Assembly: GCA_043803945.1 (NCBI GenBank)
Contig: JAZDJN010000096.1
Span: forward strand, 1 to 28,065
Direction: 5' to 3'
Length of the DNA: 28,065 nucleotides
DNA from: a bacterium
GTDB lineage: Bacteria; Bacteroidota; Ignavibacteria; UBA10030
Shown: positions 9,805 to 18,587 of the stretch, piece by piece
How the letters are laid out: every line of letters begins with the position of its first letter
Numbering within the stretch: the stretch's first letter is position 1
Translations under genes and position numbers: made by a program
The notes under the pieces: generated by a model
What the model saw: the letters and a program-made list of their open reading frames with translations, nothing else
Told to the model about the DNA's origin: nothing
Database searches by the model: none

Positions 9805-10854
9805 TTATTCTCCTTCGCCCACCTGAAGCTCGCCGGGGTCAACAAGATTCCAAGTTTCACCTGTTGAGTGTGTGAAATAAGCTGGTCGAATCAGTGCGAA
9901 GCTCCTGTATCGCAAATTGGAATCAAATCCTAAGCAACGGAAAACTAAGCCGATGGCACCGGGACCATAATTTAATTCTTGCAAAGTCAGGTCGAAGCGT
10001 GGAACCACCGCAAACTTGTTGCTGGATTGGGCTCTTAAATCAATTGCGTAGTAGTCACCATCAGAAGCGGACTGGAAAACTGGCTTAAGATTTGAGTCTG
10101 TGCGACGCTCCATCGCATTTTGCACTCTGATGCGCGACATTCGGAAAGCATTTCGAAAACTTGATCGGTCATTCTCATTTCGCAAGGCAGCGTTGTAAGA
10201 AGAGATAAGTTCTTGTATAGGTAAGGATTCAATGGTTGTTGGTTTTGATAAGCTTGTCTCGAACATTTCTGTTGGAGGTGTCAGTGCAACTCTCGATTGT
10301 GTAGCAAATGGCACCCTAATGTGCTGCAATTCACTTTCAATAAGTTTAAGAGTCTCGTCTATCTGACGTTGCTTATCTTCGATACGCGTGAATCTTGAGT
10401 ACAGTCCATCCAGACGGTGGCTAATTTCGTAGTTTGAGGTCTGAGGTGAGTATGCCCTGTGTTGTCTTAATCGTCTTCTCTTTCCAAGTAAATACAGACT
10501 TGCTCCACTAACTGCCATGATTAGCACAACAGCAAGAGAAATTATTTGTATCAAAGAAATTGAATTTGTGTTAGAGCTCGATGGGTCTGCTTTTGTTACT
10601 GAACGAAATTCTTCGAGTTTTTCCGAGAGCTCAAGATTTTGTCTCTTGAGCTTTCTAATTTCTTCTAGTGTATTAGAAAGCTTTTCACTAAGACTGTCCA
10701 CTTTGGTGATGAGGGATTTGTCTTGTGTTGCGCCAGACTTGACACTTCGTTTATTCTTGTCAGACTGAGCGATGGATGAATGTTGTATCAGTAAAAAGAG
10801 AGAAAATAAAGCTGCAATTTTGACGAATCGCGATCTGGCCACGGCGGAAACCAA
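9805..10854 (-). CDS. Bitopic membrane protein: signal peptide, coiled coil, TM helix, coiled coil, C-terminal globular domain
   Basis: Signal peptide (...HSSIA-Q). 'LSEKLSNTLEEIRKLKRQNLELSEKLEE'. TM 'LIQIISLAVVLIMAVSGASLYLL' followed by KRRRLR. Start is TTG 10854 or GTG 10842. Confidence 0.8.
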   Translation of the reverse strand: MVSAVARSRFVKIAALFSLFLLIQHSSIAQSDKNKRSVKSGATQDKSLITKVDSLSEKLSNTLEEIRKLKRQNLELSEKLEEFRSVTKADPSSSNTNSISLIQIISLAVVLIMAVSGASLYLLGKRRRLRQHRAYSPQTSNYEISHRLDGLYSRFTRIEDKQRQIDETLKLIESELQHIRVPFATQSRVALTPPTEMFETSLSKPTTIESLPIQELISSYNAALRNENDRSSFRNAFRMSRIRVQNAMERRTDSNLKPVFQSASDGDYYAIDLRAQSSNKFAVVPRFDLTLQELNYGPGAIGLVFRCLGFDSNLRYRSFALIRPAYFTHSTGETWNLVDPGELQVGEGE

Positions 10855-10890
10855 TCTCCTTTCGTGCAGAGATTAAAATTAACCTAGGTT

Positions 10891-13800
10891 TTACAGACTC
10901 TTCCATTCTTCTGAGCAGATTTCAAGCAACGTCTTGAGAGCCAGTATGAATAACGGTTCTACTGAGATTTTCTTTTCTTCAAGGCGAGCAATGTCACTGA
11001 GTTTGTCCCCGAGCCTTTTATGAACCTTCAGTATAATATCATTGCTTAGTGGTGGGAATCCAGAGTCCTTTCTTGCTGCAAAGGTGTTAAATATTGCGGC
11101 AAAGCTTTCCATTTGCTCAAGGTGAGCAGCCGGCGTCAGGTTATTTTTGAATGATTCGACAGACAATGGTGCTGACCACTCCATTCGCTTGCCTTGGATC
11201 AGAAAGCACTCGCCTGAGATAACCTGCGATATTGTTTCTGGTATGTCTAGAATTTTTTTACCGACAAGGCCACTAGCTGCTTCCTCCTTCGGTTTTTGAC
11301 TAAGAATAATCTTAAATGATGCTTTTGCGCATTGCTCCAAACCAGAAGATCGCGAAATCGAATCTCGAAAGAGGATATTGGCTGAGCTTTGAGGAGTAAA
11401 GGATCCTTCTGAGATCCAATGGAACAATTTTGAACCATTTCCACCCATGTAAATGTCAGGTAACTGGGGGTCATATTCACCCTTCTTTGCAAGGTGCTTA
11501 AGAATGAGTCCGACGTAGTAAAAGATACCAGATAGGCCGACTGCGATGATCTGAACGAATTTCTTCATATTGGCTTTTCCAGATTTCTTGTTAAGCAATT
11601 TGAGCCACGCTTCTCCTCGCACAGCGATGATTGCATCGGCGTGAGCACAGAATTCAAGTTCTCTTGCTTTCAACGCGATTAGTCGAGAGATGTCACTTTC
11701 GAACTCTTTGAGAAAGTCAGGATTTGTGCGTAGTGTATTCAAGAAGATTTCCCTACCTGCTAAGCGGAACGATACTTGATGACGGAGCGCGTTATTTTGC
11801 CAGATTGCGACGTCTGATGTGCCACCACCGACGTCGATACAGACTGTGCCGCTTTTTGTGGAAGCCTTTAGATTGTCAGCGAAGTAGATTGCCGAAGCAG
11901 CGCTTTCGGTCATCGCAATCGCCATATCCTCTGTTTGGGGAATTCCTAATAAGTTAGAATATTTTGAGATAATTTGTTGCCAGTTGACTTTCAAGCTTTG
12001 ATATTCTGAGAATGCTGTTGGATACGAATACCGCCAACCAACTTGCGCAACTCCTTTTGATGCAGCTTCGGCAAGAGCTTGTAAGTAAACCTGTTCTAGA
12101 AACGCAGTAGCTCGATATCGATCAATTTCATCCTCTGACCATTTAAGGTTCGTTGCAACGTTTTTTGGTATCTCATTTTGGACCTTGGTTGGGTCAAGAA
12201 AGAATATGTGGCCATCACAGAATGGATTCAATGTGTTCTCTTTTCCTGGCTCGCGGAATTGTTGGTAAAAACTAAGGAACGGAGTGCGCTGAGGATCTCT
12301 TGGGATGAATTCATCCCGCATTTGTAATCTTGCGTAGGTAGATTCTGTGACGTGGGCTGTTAGTTCCTCCCGGAAAAGTAAGGGCTCGCCCTCATTGTCT
12401 TCTTCGGAAGTATACAGAGTTGTACTGGTTGTCCCGAAGTCAATACCGATTTTCCAAGTGTTGCGGGTTGGATCAGCTTTTTCAGGTGCTTTCAGTATTA
12501 TTAATCCCGCGTAAAACTCGTCCATTCGATTAAGTTGAAGATTAAGGCCTAGCGCGAAACACTTGACTGCACTTGGGAAAGAATCCGTTTGCGTGATTTC
12601 ACTTTCTGTTCGATTCCTATCCAACTTGATAGTGTATTCTGTCTTCACACCGTCAAGAACAAACGGCTTAGCATAGAAGGTGCTTTCCCTGCCAGTCTTT
12701 GAGTAATAAGTAAAGTATAGTTGCCAACCTTCTTTTCTGAAGTTTGGCCAAATCTCGAGGACTGGGACTCCTTCTAGTACTAGAATCGTATCTTTGTGAT
12801 ACTCCCGTCGAAATTCTACCAATTTACCTTTACCGTCTGGTCCGGAAAGTCGCAGCCGTAGACGAACTTGAATAGGCCCTCCTTCAGAGGATTGCTCGAA
12901 CACGATGTTCTTTTGGAGGTCATCATTGCTGATGTGGGACAAAACCTTGTCAGTGAATGGAAGCAAAGGTGTTACAATTTGACCTTGAACTGTCAGAGAA
13001 CCAGAGCCAGCACTTAACATCGCACCCGGTAGTGCGTTTGCTTGATAAATTACGCAAAGCTTAGTAGTGAATATGTCTTCAGGGAGACAAATCTCTTCCT
13101 TGTCTTGCTGCAAATGAATACCACCGATCTGGCTGCGTTCTGTCCCGAATCCACTGGGGGGAATATCCGCCAGGGTTGCACCTTTGTAGACGACAATGTT
13201 TGTTTCGGGCATATTCCATTGCTGAGCGATTGATCTGTCGATAACAAAGATTGTTTTTGCAGGAGTTCGTCCTTCGGACGGCAAAAGTTGCAGGTGTGAA
13301 TTTGGCAATCCATTGCCATCACCCTTTAGCGGTTTGTCTAAATATTGGAAGATCCCTCTGGTTAAACCGAATCCTCTTGTGCTTAGGATTACCTTCACAC
13401 TTGCCACACCACCAAGATCGGCGATGTAATTGGATAGGTGACGAAGCAACTTATTCAAACGGGGATTAGGATGATTTGGATTAGACAAAGAACTCAAAGC
13501 AGAGAGTAGATTATCTATCCATGCTGCAAGTAATCTTCTCTCGTTTTGGTTAAGCTTGTTTGTCTTTTCCCCATCAGTTTCCTTTATCTTGCCGGATGGG
13601 TCTTTCAGGAATCGTCCGTCAGACCAGTTTACCCCATTCAGTCGATTAAAACAGTCTGTAGCGGTACAAACCAAGGTAGTAGGAGAAAGTATACCAATCG
13701 GTTTATCGTTATTTAGGACAACAAACGGGAAAAATTTTGTTTGTGCATCTATCCAGAGAGTCGATTGCTCCAAGGTATTTGTGTTGGAGGCCATCTTTGC

Positions 13801-14235
13801 CACAGTCGAGAGGAATCGTGGCCATTGTTCGTTGCCTTGGGCATCCTTTGGAATCACCTCGATTAGATTTCCATTCTCATCGGTCCGCTTCACTCTCGGG
13901 TGTGCCTCGATGATCCTCAAACTAAATCCCTTGATTTCCTTGAAAGCCAACAAAGCTAGCAAACCCCGCCATTCTGCTACAGTGCGATAATGAAGAAGAT
14001 GGTCGGAATCGAAAAATGCCATTTCGAAGAGAAGTGGCCGAGCCCAAACATCCGGAATAGAGTTTATCTGAGATGCAACACGCTCCACCTTCAAACTATC
14101 ACTTAATTTGTCCAGTTCACTAAAGTCTCTTTTGTCCCAAACTCCGTTTTCCTTAAAGTTACCAATCCTGTTTTCTGACCCTTGTTTGAGTTTAGGAAGC
14201 AGAGGATGATAAATGATTTCATTGCTGGTAGGCAT
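10891..14235 (-). CDS. Large protein (1114 aa) with C-terminal actin/Hsp70/FtsA-superfamily ATPase domain
   Basis: Phosphate-1 'IGIDFGTTST', connect-1 'MTESAASA', phosphate-2 'CIDVGGGTSD', adenosine 'YMGGNGSK', connect-2 'PKEEAASGL'. Start moved to ATG 14235 (AAAGGAG RBS, 5 bp after the tubulin stop). Confidence 0.85.
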   Translation of the reverse strand: MPTSNEIIYHPLLPKLKQGSENRIGNFKENGVWDKRDFSELDKLSDSLKVERVASQINSIPDVWARPLLFEMAFFDSDHLLHYRTVAEWRGLLALLAFKEIKGFSLRIIEAHPRVKRTDENGNLIEVIPKDAQGNEQWPRFLSTVAKMASNTNTLEQSTLWIDAQTKFFPFVVLNNDKPIGILSPTTLVCTATDCFNRLNGVNWSDGRFLKDPSGKIKETDGEKTNKLNQNERRLLAAWIDNLLSALSSLSNPNHPNPRLNKLLRHLSNYIADLGGVASVKVILSTRGFGLTRGIFQYLDKPLKGDGNGLPNSHLQLLPSEGRTPAKTIFVIDRSIAQQWNMPETNIVVYKGATLADIPPSGFGTERSQIGGIHLQQDKEEICLPEDIFTTKLCVIYQANALPGAMLSAGSGSLTVQGQIVTPLLPFTDKVLSHISNDDLQKNIVFEQSSEGGPIQVRLRLRLSGPDGKGKLVEFRREYHKDTILVLEGVPVLEIWPNFRKEGWQLYFTYYSKTGRESTFYAKPFVLDGVKTEYTIKLDRNRTESEITQTDSFPSAVKCFALGLNLQLNRMDEFYAGLIILKAPEKADPTRNTWKIGIDFGTTSTTLYTSEEDNEGEPLLFREELTAHVTESTYARLQMRDEFIPRDPQRTPFLSFYQQFREPGKENTLNPFCDGHIFFLDPTKVQNEIPKNVATNLKWSEDEIDRYRATAFLEQVYLQALAEAASKGVAQVGWRYSYPTAFSEYQSLKVNWQQIISKYSNLLGIPQTEDMAIAMTESAASAIYFADNLKASTKSGTVCIDVGGGTSDVAIWQNNALRHQVSFRLAGREIFLNTLRTNPDFLKEFESDISRLIALKARELEFCAHADAIIAVRGEAWLKLLNKKSGKANMKKFVQIIAVGLSGIFYYVGLILKHLAKKGEYDPQLPDIYMGGNGSKLFHWISEGSFTPQSSANILFRDSISRSSGLEQCAKASFKIILSQKPKEEAASGLVGKKILDIPETISQVISGECFLIQGKRMEWSAPLSVESFKNNLTPAAHLEQMESFAAIFNTFAARKDSGFPPLSNDIILKVHKRLGDKLSDIARLEEKKISVEPLFILALKTLLEICSEEWKSL

Positions 14236-14240
14236 AAGAG

Positions 14241-15788
14241 TTACTCCTTTCCGACCGTATACATTTGTGCAAATTTTTCTGTCTTGCATTGGGTATACAA
14301 AGCATTGATGAATCGCCCCGATGCCCTAGCTTGAGCGTCACTAACGTTTGAATCGCTCATTCTTTCCCACAGATGGTCGAGAGCATTTGCTTTCTCAGAC
14401 TCGCAGGGAAGCAACAGATCCGCAAACTCTTGGACAAAATAGGTCTTGGGGTCCTTTAGTATGATAGTCTGTTTTCCGTTCTCTTTTTTTGAGGTTGCGA
14501 AAGTGTTGTGGTTGAAGAGCTGCATATCTACTTCCTTGGCACTTGCTTGCACATTGGCGGCCCATAGGAGAAAAGTCTGACAGTAATCTCGGACCTTCAA
14601 CAATTCTGCGTCAAGCACTTTTGACAATTGGACATCACGAGACCGTTCGAAGAGATTGATATACCAGGGAGAGCGGTAACCTCTTCCATTCCTAGCAATG
14701 CTTTGGAGAGTTGGATAGTACGTGCAATCATAGGCAAAGGCGAAACGAACCAATTGATCAAGCTTGGCAAGCAGGTAACGTCTATCGTTCACAAAGGGTA
14801 TGTCGTACCAAGATTGCACATTTGTCTGTTTGCGAGCTATCATCATACAATTGTCGGGTTTCTCCGTTTTGAAGAAGTCGATGGCTGCAAGTGCTGCATA
14901 TATTTCGAGAAAATGTGGTTCATTCCTTTGGTCTTTACCTCCCTTTGGATCTTTTCCACTGGTTAATGAAGGTCCTAGGGGTGTTAATACGTGATCACCC
15001 AATACATACAGTGAGTTGAAGGCATCCAGATAGTCTGTGCCTGCATAGTATTTGAGCGCCGCTTGTGTATTGATCAAGAAGTTCTCAGCTTGGGCTCGCA
15101 TCTCGTTGTCATCAGTTCGATCAAAAGAAAAATATGGTAACATAGCGACAGCCGAAATATGGTAATTCTCGATGATTTTGTTCTTTTTCAATTCTTCTTT
15201 GATTAAGCGTGCAATGGTAGGTAATCCGGATGCACCTGTTCCGCCGAAAATTGAACCGAACAATATTATTTTTGCCGGTTCGCCAGTCTTTGCATCTCGG
15301 GCAATCTTATCTCGGAAAGTCTTCCACGGCTCTCCTGACCCAAGATCGATTGTGCTCGTTAGTACGGCCGCACCAATCGCTGGATGCCCTCTAAAACCTT
15401 CGTCAAGTCGTGTGCCCTTTTCTTCAGTGCTAAAGAGAACGTCAAAAAGGTGAACCACATTTGGTGTGTTGGACTTCATCTCGTCATAGGTGAAAAACTC
15501 CTCAAGATTTGGCTTTGTTTCTTGACCGAAGGGTGACCATACATCCGGAATGGCAACTGAGATTGGAGTTTTGAACAAGTCAATAGAACCTAACTTCAAC
15601 TCCCGGCAAGTTGAATAGAGTTGAAGCGTTAACTCAGCGCGTTCAAGTGTGCCGTTGGATTTGTCCGGATCTACAAACAATACATACATTTCTTTGTTCG
15701 TGGGCATAAGACCTGCTGAACATAGATGTATAAGTGATTCGATACATTTGGCTCCTGTACCGCCAATACCGATTGCATAATAGGCCAT
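14241..15788 (-). CDS. Divergent tubulin/FtsZ-superfamily GTPase (Tubulin_2/FtsZ-like)
   Basis: T1 'IGIGGTGAK', T3-like 'GFRGHPAIG', signature loop 'GSIFGGTGASG', 'MLPYF'. GAAGGAG RBS. Confidence 0.9.
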   Translation of the reverse strand: MAYYAIGIGGTGAKCIESLIHLCSAGLMPTNKEMYVLFVDPDKSNGTLERAELTLQLYSTCRELKLGSIDLFKTPISVAIPDVWSPFGQETKPNLEEFFTYDEMKSNTPNVVHLFDVLFSTEEKGTRLDEGFRGHPAIGAAVLTSTIDLGSGEPWKTFRDKIARDAKTGEPAKIILFGSIFGGTGASGLPTIARLIKEELKKNKIIENYHISAVAMLPYFSFDRTDDNEMRAQAENFLINTQAALKYYAGTDYLDAFNSLYVLGDHVLTPLGPSLTSGKDPKGGKDQRNEPHFLEIYAALAAIDFFKTEKPDNCMMIARKQTNVQSWYDIPFVNDRRYLLAKLDQLVRFAFAYDCTYYPTLQSIARNGRGYRSPWYINLFERSRDVQLSKVLDAELLKVRDYCQTFLLWAANVQASAKEVDMQLFNHNTFATSKKENGKQTIILKDPKTYFVQEFADLLLPCESEKANALDHLWERMSDSNVSDAQARASGRFINALYTQCKTEKFAQMYTVGKE

Positions 15789-15823
15789 TGTTATTCTCCT
15801 TCTTTTGTCATGTCAAATGATTT

Positions 15824-16285
15824 TTACCACCATCGTCGAAGACTCTGAGCACCTAATGGAGTGTACTTGAATGACGAAGGTGAGAATAGGACTGTGCCGA
15901 CGTAGTACGGGGCTATTGCACTAATAAGGTAAAAGAAGTAAGCCCACCACATACCTTCCTGCACTGCTGGAGTCAATAAAATTGCTACAATAGTTGTTAC
16001 TGCAGGCAGAGAAATGAGGATTAACCAAGCGAGCCTTTTGCCTGCACTTGTCCAGTCATTCAGTCGAAACAACCATTGAGCAAGGATGTACCAGAGAAGT
16101 CCGCTTACGGTTGAAGCAATAATAATGTAGACAGACCAATCCTTAAAAGTACTGAGCCACTCTTCGATTGAAGATGGTGTACCTGAGACGACATTATAGA
16201 GATGCTTAGATTCGACAAGCACGGCAAGTGAAACCATTGCAAGAGCGATGATGGGCATAGCGATAACGAGTAAAAAGCGTTTCAT
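15824..16285 (-). CDS. Four-TM membrane protein
   Basis: Four hydrophobic segments. C-terminus 'LFSPSSFKYTPLGA'. AAAGGAG RBS before ATG 16285. Confidence 0.8.
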   Translation of the reverse strand: MKRFLLVIAMPIIALAMVSLAVLVESKHLYNVVSGTPSSIEEWLSTFKDWSVYIIIASTVSGLLWYILAQWLFRLNDWTSAGKRLAWLILISLPAVTTIVAILLTPAVQEGMWWAYFFYLISAIAPYYVGTVLFSPSSFKYTPLGAQSLRRWW

Positions 16286-16302
16286 ATGAGCTCCTTTCTG
16301 GT

Positions 16303-17637
16303 TCATTCTTTCCTGATGTAATAGAATAGGTGCGCAATCTCTGGTTTCTGGGTTTGAACAATTGCTTGAAAAAGGTCGAGCGAGAACTTCCTCAGATTAA
16401 GAGTTGTGTTCCCCTCAAAAGTTGTTGGCTCATGTTTCCAATCAGGCAGTTTTGTGAGATTCATATCCCAAGAAGATACCCACTTGGGTAATAAGTCTAT
16501 GTTATCCTTGAGGTGTATTGTTTGTTCAATAATGTATACTCCAGTTGCCAGCAGGTTACTCTCGTCTATTTTTAATCGAAGTTCTATCAATGAATCGTTG
16601 ACCTCTGATGTTGTCGTGATAACGTTGCTCCAGTCCGGATAGGTAACAAGTGTATCTCGGTTACCGACAAGTTCCGCAGCTTGTACTTTGTGTGGTGTAA
16701 TTTTAATCTCAAATGCAGATGGATCAAGATCGAGAGTGTAGGGCAGACGGACTCTCGGTAATAGAAGGGTCAATTGGGATTGAGACCGGCCACTTTTTAT
16801 TCTAAGTTGTTTTACCCTTGAATCCTTTGAGTCGTGCGGTAAGATGTTTGTAATCTCATCTGTGTTAACTTTCGAATGCACCTTTGCTTTTTCAAATGAG
16901 GGCAACGGGTATGAGAAGTGACGGGACAGTATAACGAAATTCTTGGTAGGCAGTTCATTGAGAATTCTGATATCAAGGCTTCTGTGTAAGTGCTCAATAT
17001 CTCGATGTTTTCCAATCATAAGAATGTAGAATGGTCGCTGACCGTCATAGTCAAAGCGGTCTCGGTTGATACCTACGTCAAAGACGGTACCGCGAAATTC
17101 ACTTTTTATACCAAGCAAACCAACTGACAAGTCCTTTGGGAGAAATCTATCTTTGAGCTTGTTCACCAATTGAGTGACGTCAGCGTCATCTTGAAAAAGA
17201 TCTGCCACAATAATCGTAAGGCGTTCGGTGCTTGCACCATCAATAACTTTCTCCATTGACGTGACACCACGAAGATCCGGCTCATTGTAGAAGGCTGGCT
17301 TGACTACGTTCTTCTGTTCACGCCCGGTCAGTTCTCTTATCGTTGTGCCGAATCTGTAGAATGTAACCGTTGCATTCGGCCATCCGGTTGTGATTGAACC
17401 CTCAATTCTGTCGACAGTCCGTGCATAGTCTGTAGTGATGCCTAGATTAACAAAACCTTGCATAGAAAGGGTGGCATCGTAAAACACATCGACGTTGATT
17501 TCGGTTGATTTGTCTTCAAGTTTCTCGTACTGATGTATAGCTGGAGGTGGCCACTTCTTGGGAGTTGAGCAAGATCCGAGGATGAATGCACCTCCGAGTA
17601 TCAGGGTTGGCAAGAGTAAACTCTTTAAGATTCTCAT
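16303..17637 (-). CDS. Lipoprotein with vWA-like domain
   Basis: Lipobox 'ILGSC'. MIDAS-like 'VFYDATLSMQGF' and later 'IIVADLFQD'. AAGGA RBS before ATG 17637. Confidence 0.75.
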   Translation of the reverse strand: MRILKSLLLPTLILGGAFILGSCSTPKKWPPPAIHQYEKLEDKSTEINVDVFYDATLSMQGFVNLGITTDYARTVDRIEGSITTGWPNATVTFYRFGTTIRELTGREQKNVVKPAFYNEPDLRGVTSMEKVIDGASTERLTIIVADLFQDDADVTQLVNKLKDRFLPKDLSVGLLGIKSEFRGTVFDVGINRDRFDYDGQRPFYILMIGKHRDIEHLHRSLDIRILNELPTKNFVILSRHFSYPLPSFEKAKVHSKVNTDEITNILPHDSKDSRVKQLRIKSGRSQSQLTLLLPRVRLPYTLDLDPSAFEIKITPHKVQAAELVGNRDTLVTYPDWSNVITTTSEVNDSLIELRLKIDESNLLATGVYIIEQTIHLKDNIDLLPKWVSSWDMNLTKLPDWKHEPTTFEGNTTLNLRKFSLDLFQAIVQTQKPEIAHLFYYIRKE

Positions 17638-17815
17638 ACTGTGATCCTTATGTAGTATATTCAATTCTTATATACGAGAAATGGCGCCTAACTATCGGCT
17701 AATTGCCATACCTGTCTACCGTCTTACTTGTGAGATGGCGATTATTTTCTCTCTGGGCAGAACTTCATTCGATGGCTTTCTCTCTCTAGTCGGTTGAAAA
17801 GTGACTTTAAACACA

Positions 17816-17903
17816 AACCACAAAGGTCACAAAGGAAAAACCGTGGAATTATTTTGATTTTCTATAGTTTATTTTCCTTTAGTTCTTCGTGTCCTTTGTG
17901 GTT
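17816..17903. repeat. REP/MITE-like element with 21-bp imperfect terminal inverted repeats
   Basis: AACCACAAAGGTCACAAAGGA ... TTCTTCGTGTCCTTTGTGGTT (3 mismatches). Confidence 0.7.
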
Positions 17904-17966
17904 GGACTTTTCGTCTATGCTTCTAGAAGATGCTCCTCGCAGTATTAGCTTTCCGATCGAAGATCG

Positions 17967-18587
17967 TCAACAGAGGTGCTCCTCCATTGCTTTCGCAACG
18001 GCAATTCCCCTGCTATGGACGTTAAGTTTCTTATAGATATTTTTGCAGTGTGAAGTGATGGTGTAGTAGCTCGACGACGATCTTCGTGCTATCTCCGCCA
18101 TTTTCATCCCGGAGATAAGGCAGCGTAATATTTCCTTCTCCCGTAATGTCAAATGGTACTCGTCACTGTTATCGATTGCGAGATGTTCCAACTGGGGACA
18201 ATAATATCGATGACCCTTGTGAAGAGCGTGAATTGCCCGGAGCAATTCTTCCGGCGGTGCATCTTTGAGCACATACCCGCTCGCTCCGGCGCGAATGGCT
18301 TCTCTCACAAATCCCTTCTGAAGATGCATCGAGTGCACCAGATATTTTGTTTGAGGCAGCGCTTTGCCGAGGTGTCTGATAAGTTCAAGCCCATTCTCGT
18401 CGGCCAAACTGATATCGAGAATTATGATCTCAGGAGAATACAGCGGCGCCTTTGCGATCGCCTCTTTTAAGGAGAGCGCCTCTCCAACAACGCTGATCCC
18501 GCTCTGCTCTTCAAGGAAATCTTTTACCCCTTTGACCGTCAAAGGGTGATCTTCAACGATAAATATCTTAATTGGTTTTCTGCTCAT
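17967..18587 (-). CDS. NarL/LuxR-family response regulator (REC plus HTH)
   Basis: 'IVEDH', 'ILDISL', 'GASGYVLK', 'LTLREKEIL...HCKNIYKKLNV'. Start is probably ATG 18587 and overlaps the kinase end. Confidence 0.92.
   Translation of the reverse strand: MSRKPIKIFIVEDHPLTVKGVKDFLEEQSGISVVGEALSLKEAIAKAPLYSPEIIILDISLADENGLELIRHLGKALPQTKYLVHSMHLQKGFVREAIRAGASGYVLKDAPPEELLRAIHALHKGHRYYCPQLEHLAIDNSDEYHLTLREKEILRCLISGMKMAEIARRSSSSYYTITSHCKNIYKKLNVHSRGIAVAKAMEEHLC

Noticed and set aside
10891-15788. Calling these genes ftsZ and ftsA, mreB or dnaK
   Set aside because: Sizes, motif variants and context do not fit (no dcw, mre or dnaJ genes). They are superfamily members only.
17794-18036. 80-aa + strand ORF
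   Set aside because: It spans the inverted-repeat element and overlaps the regulator antisense.
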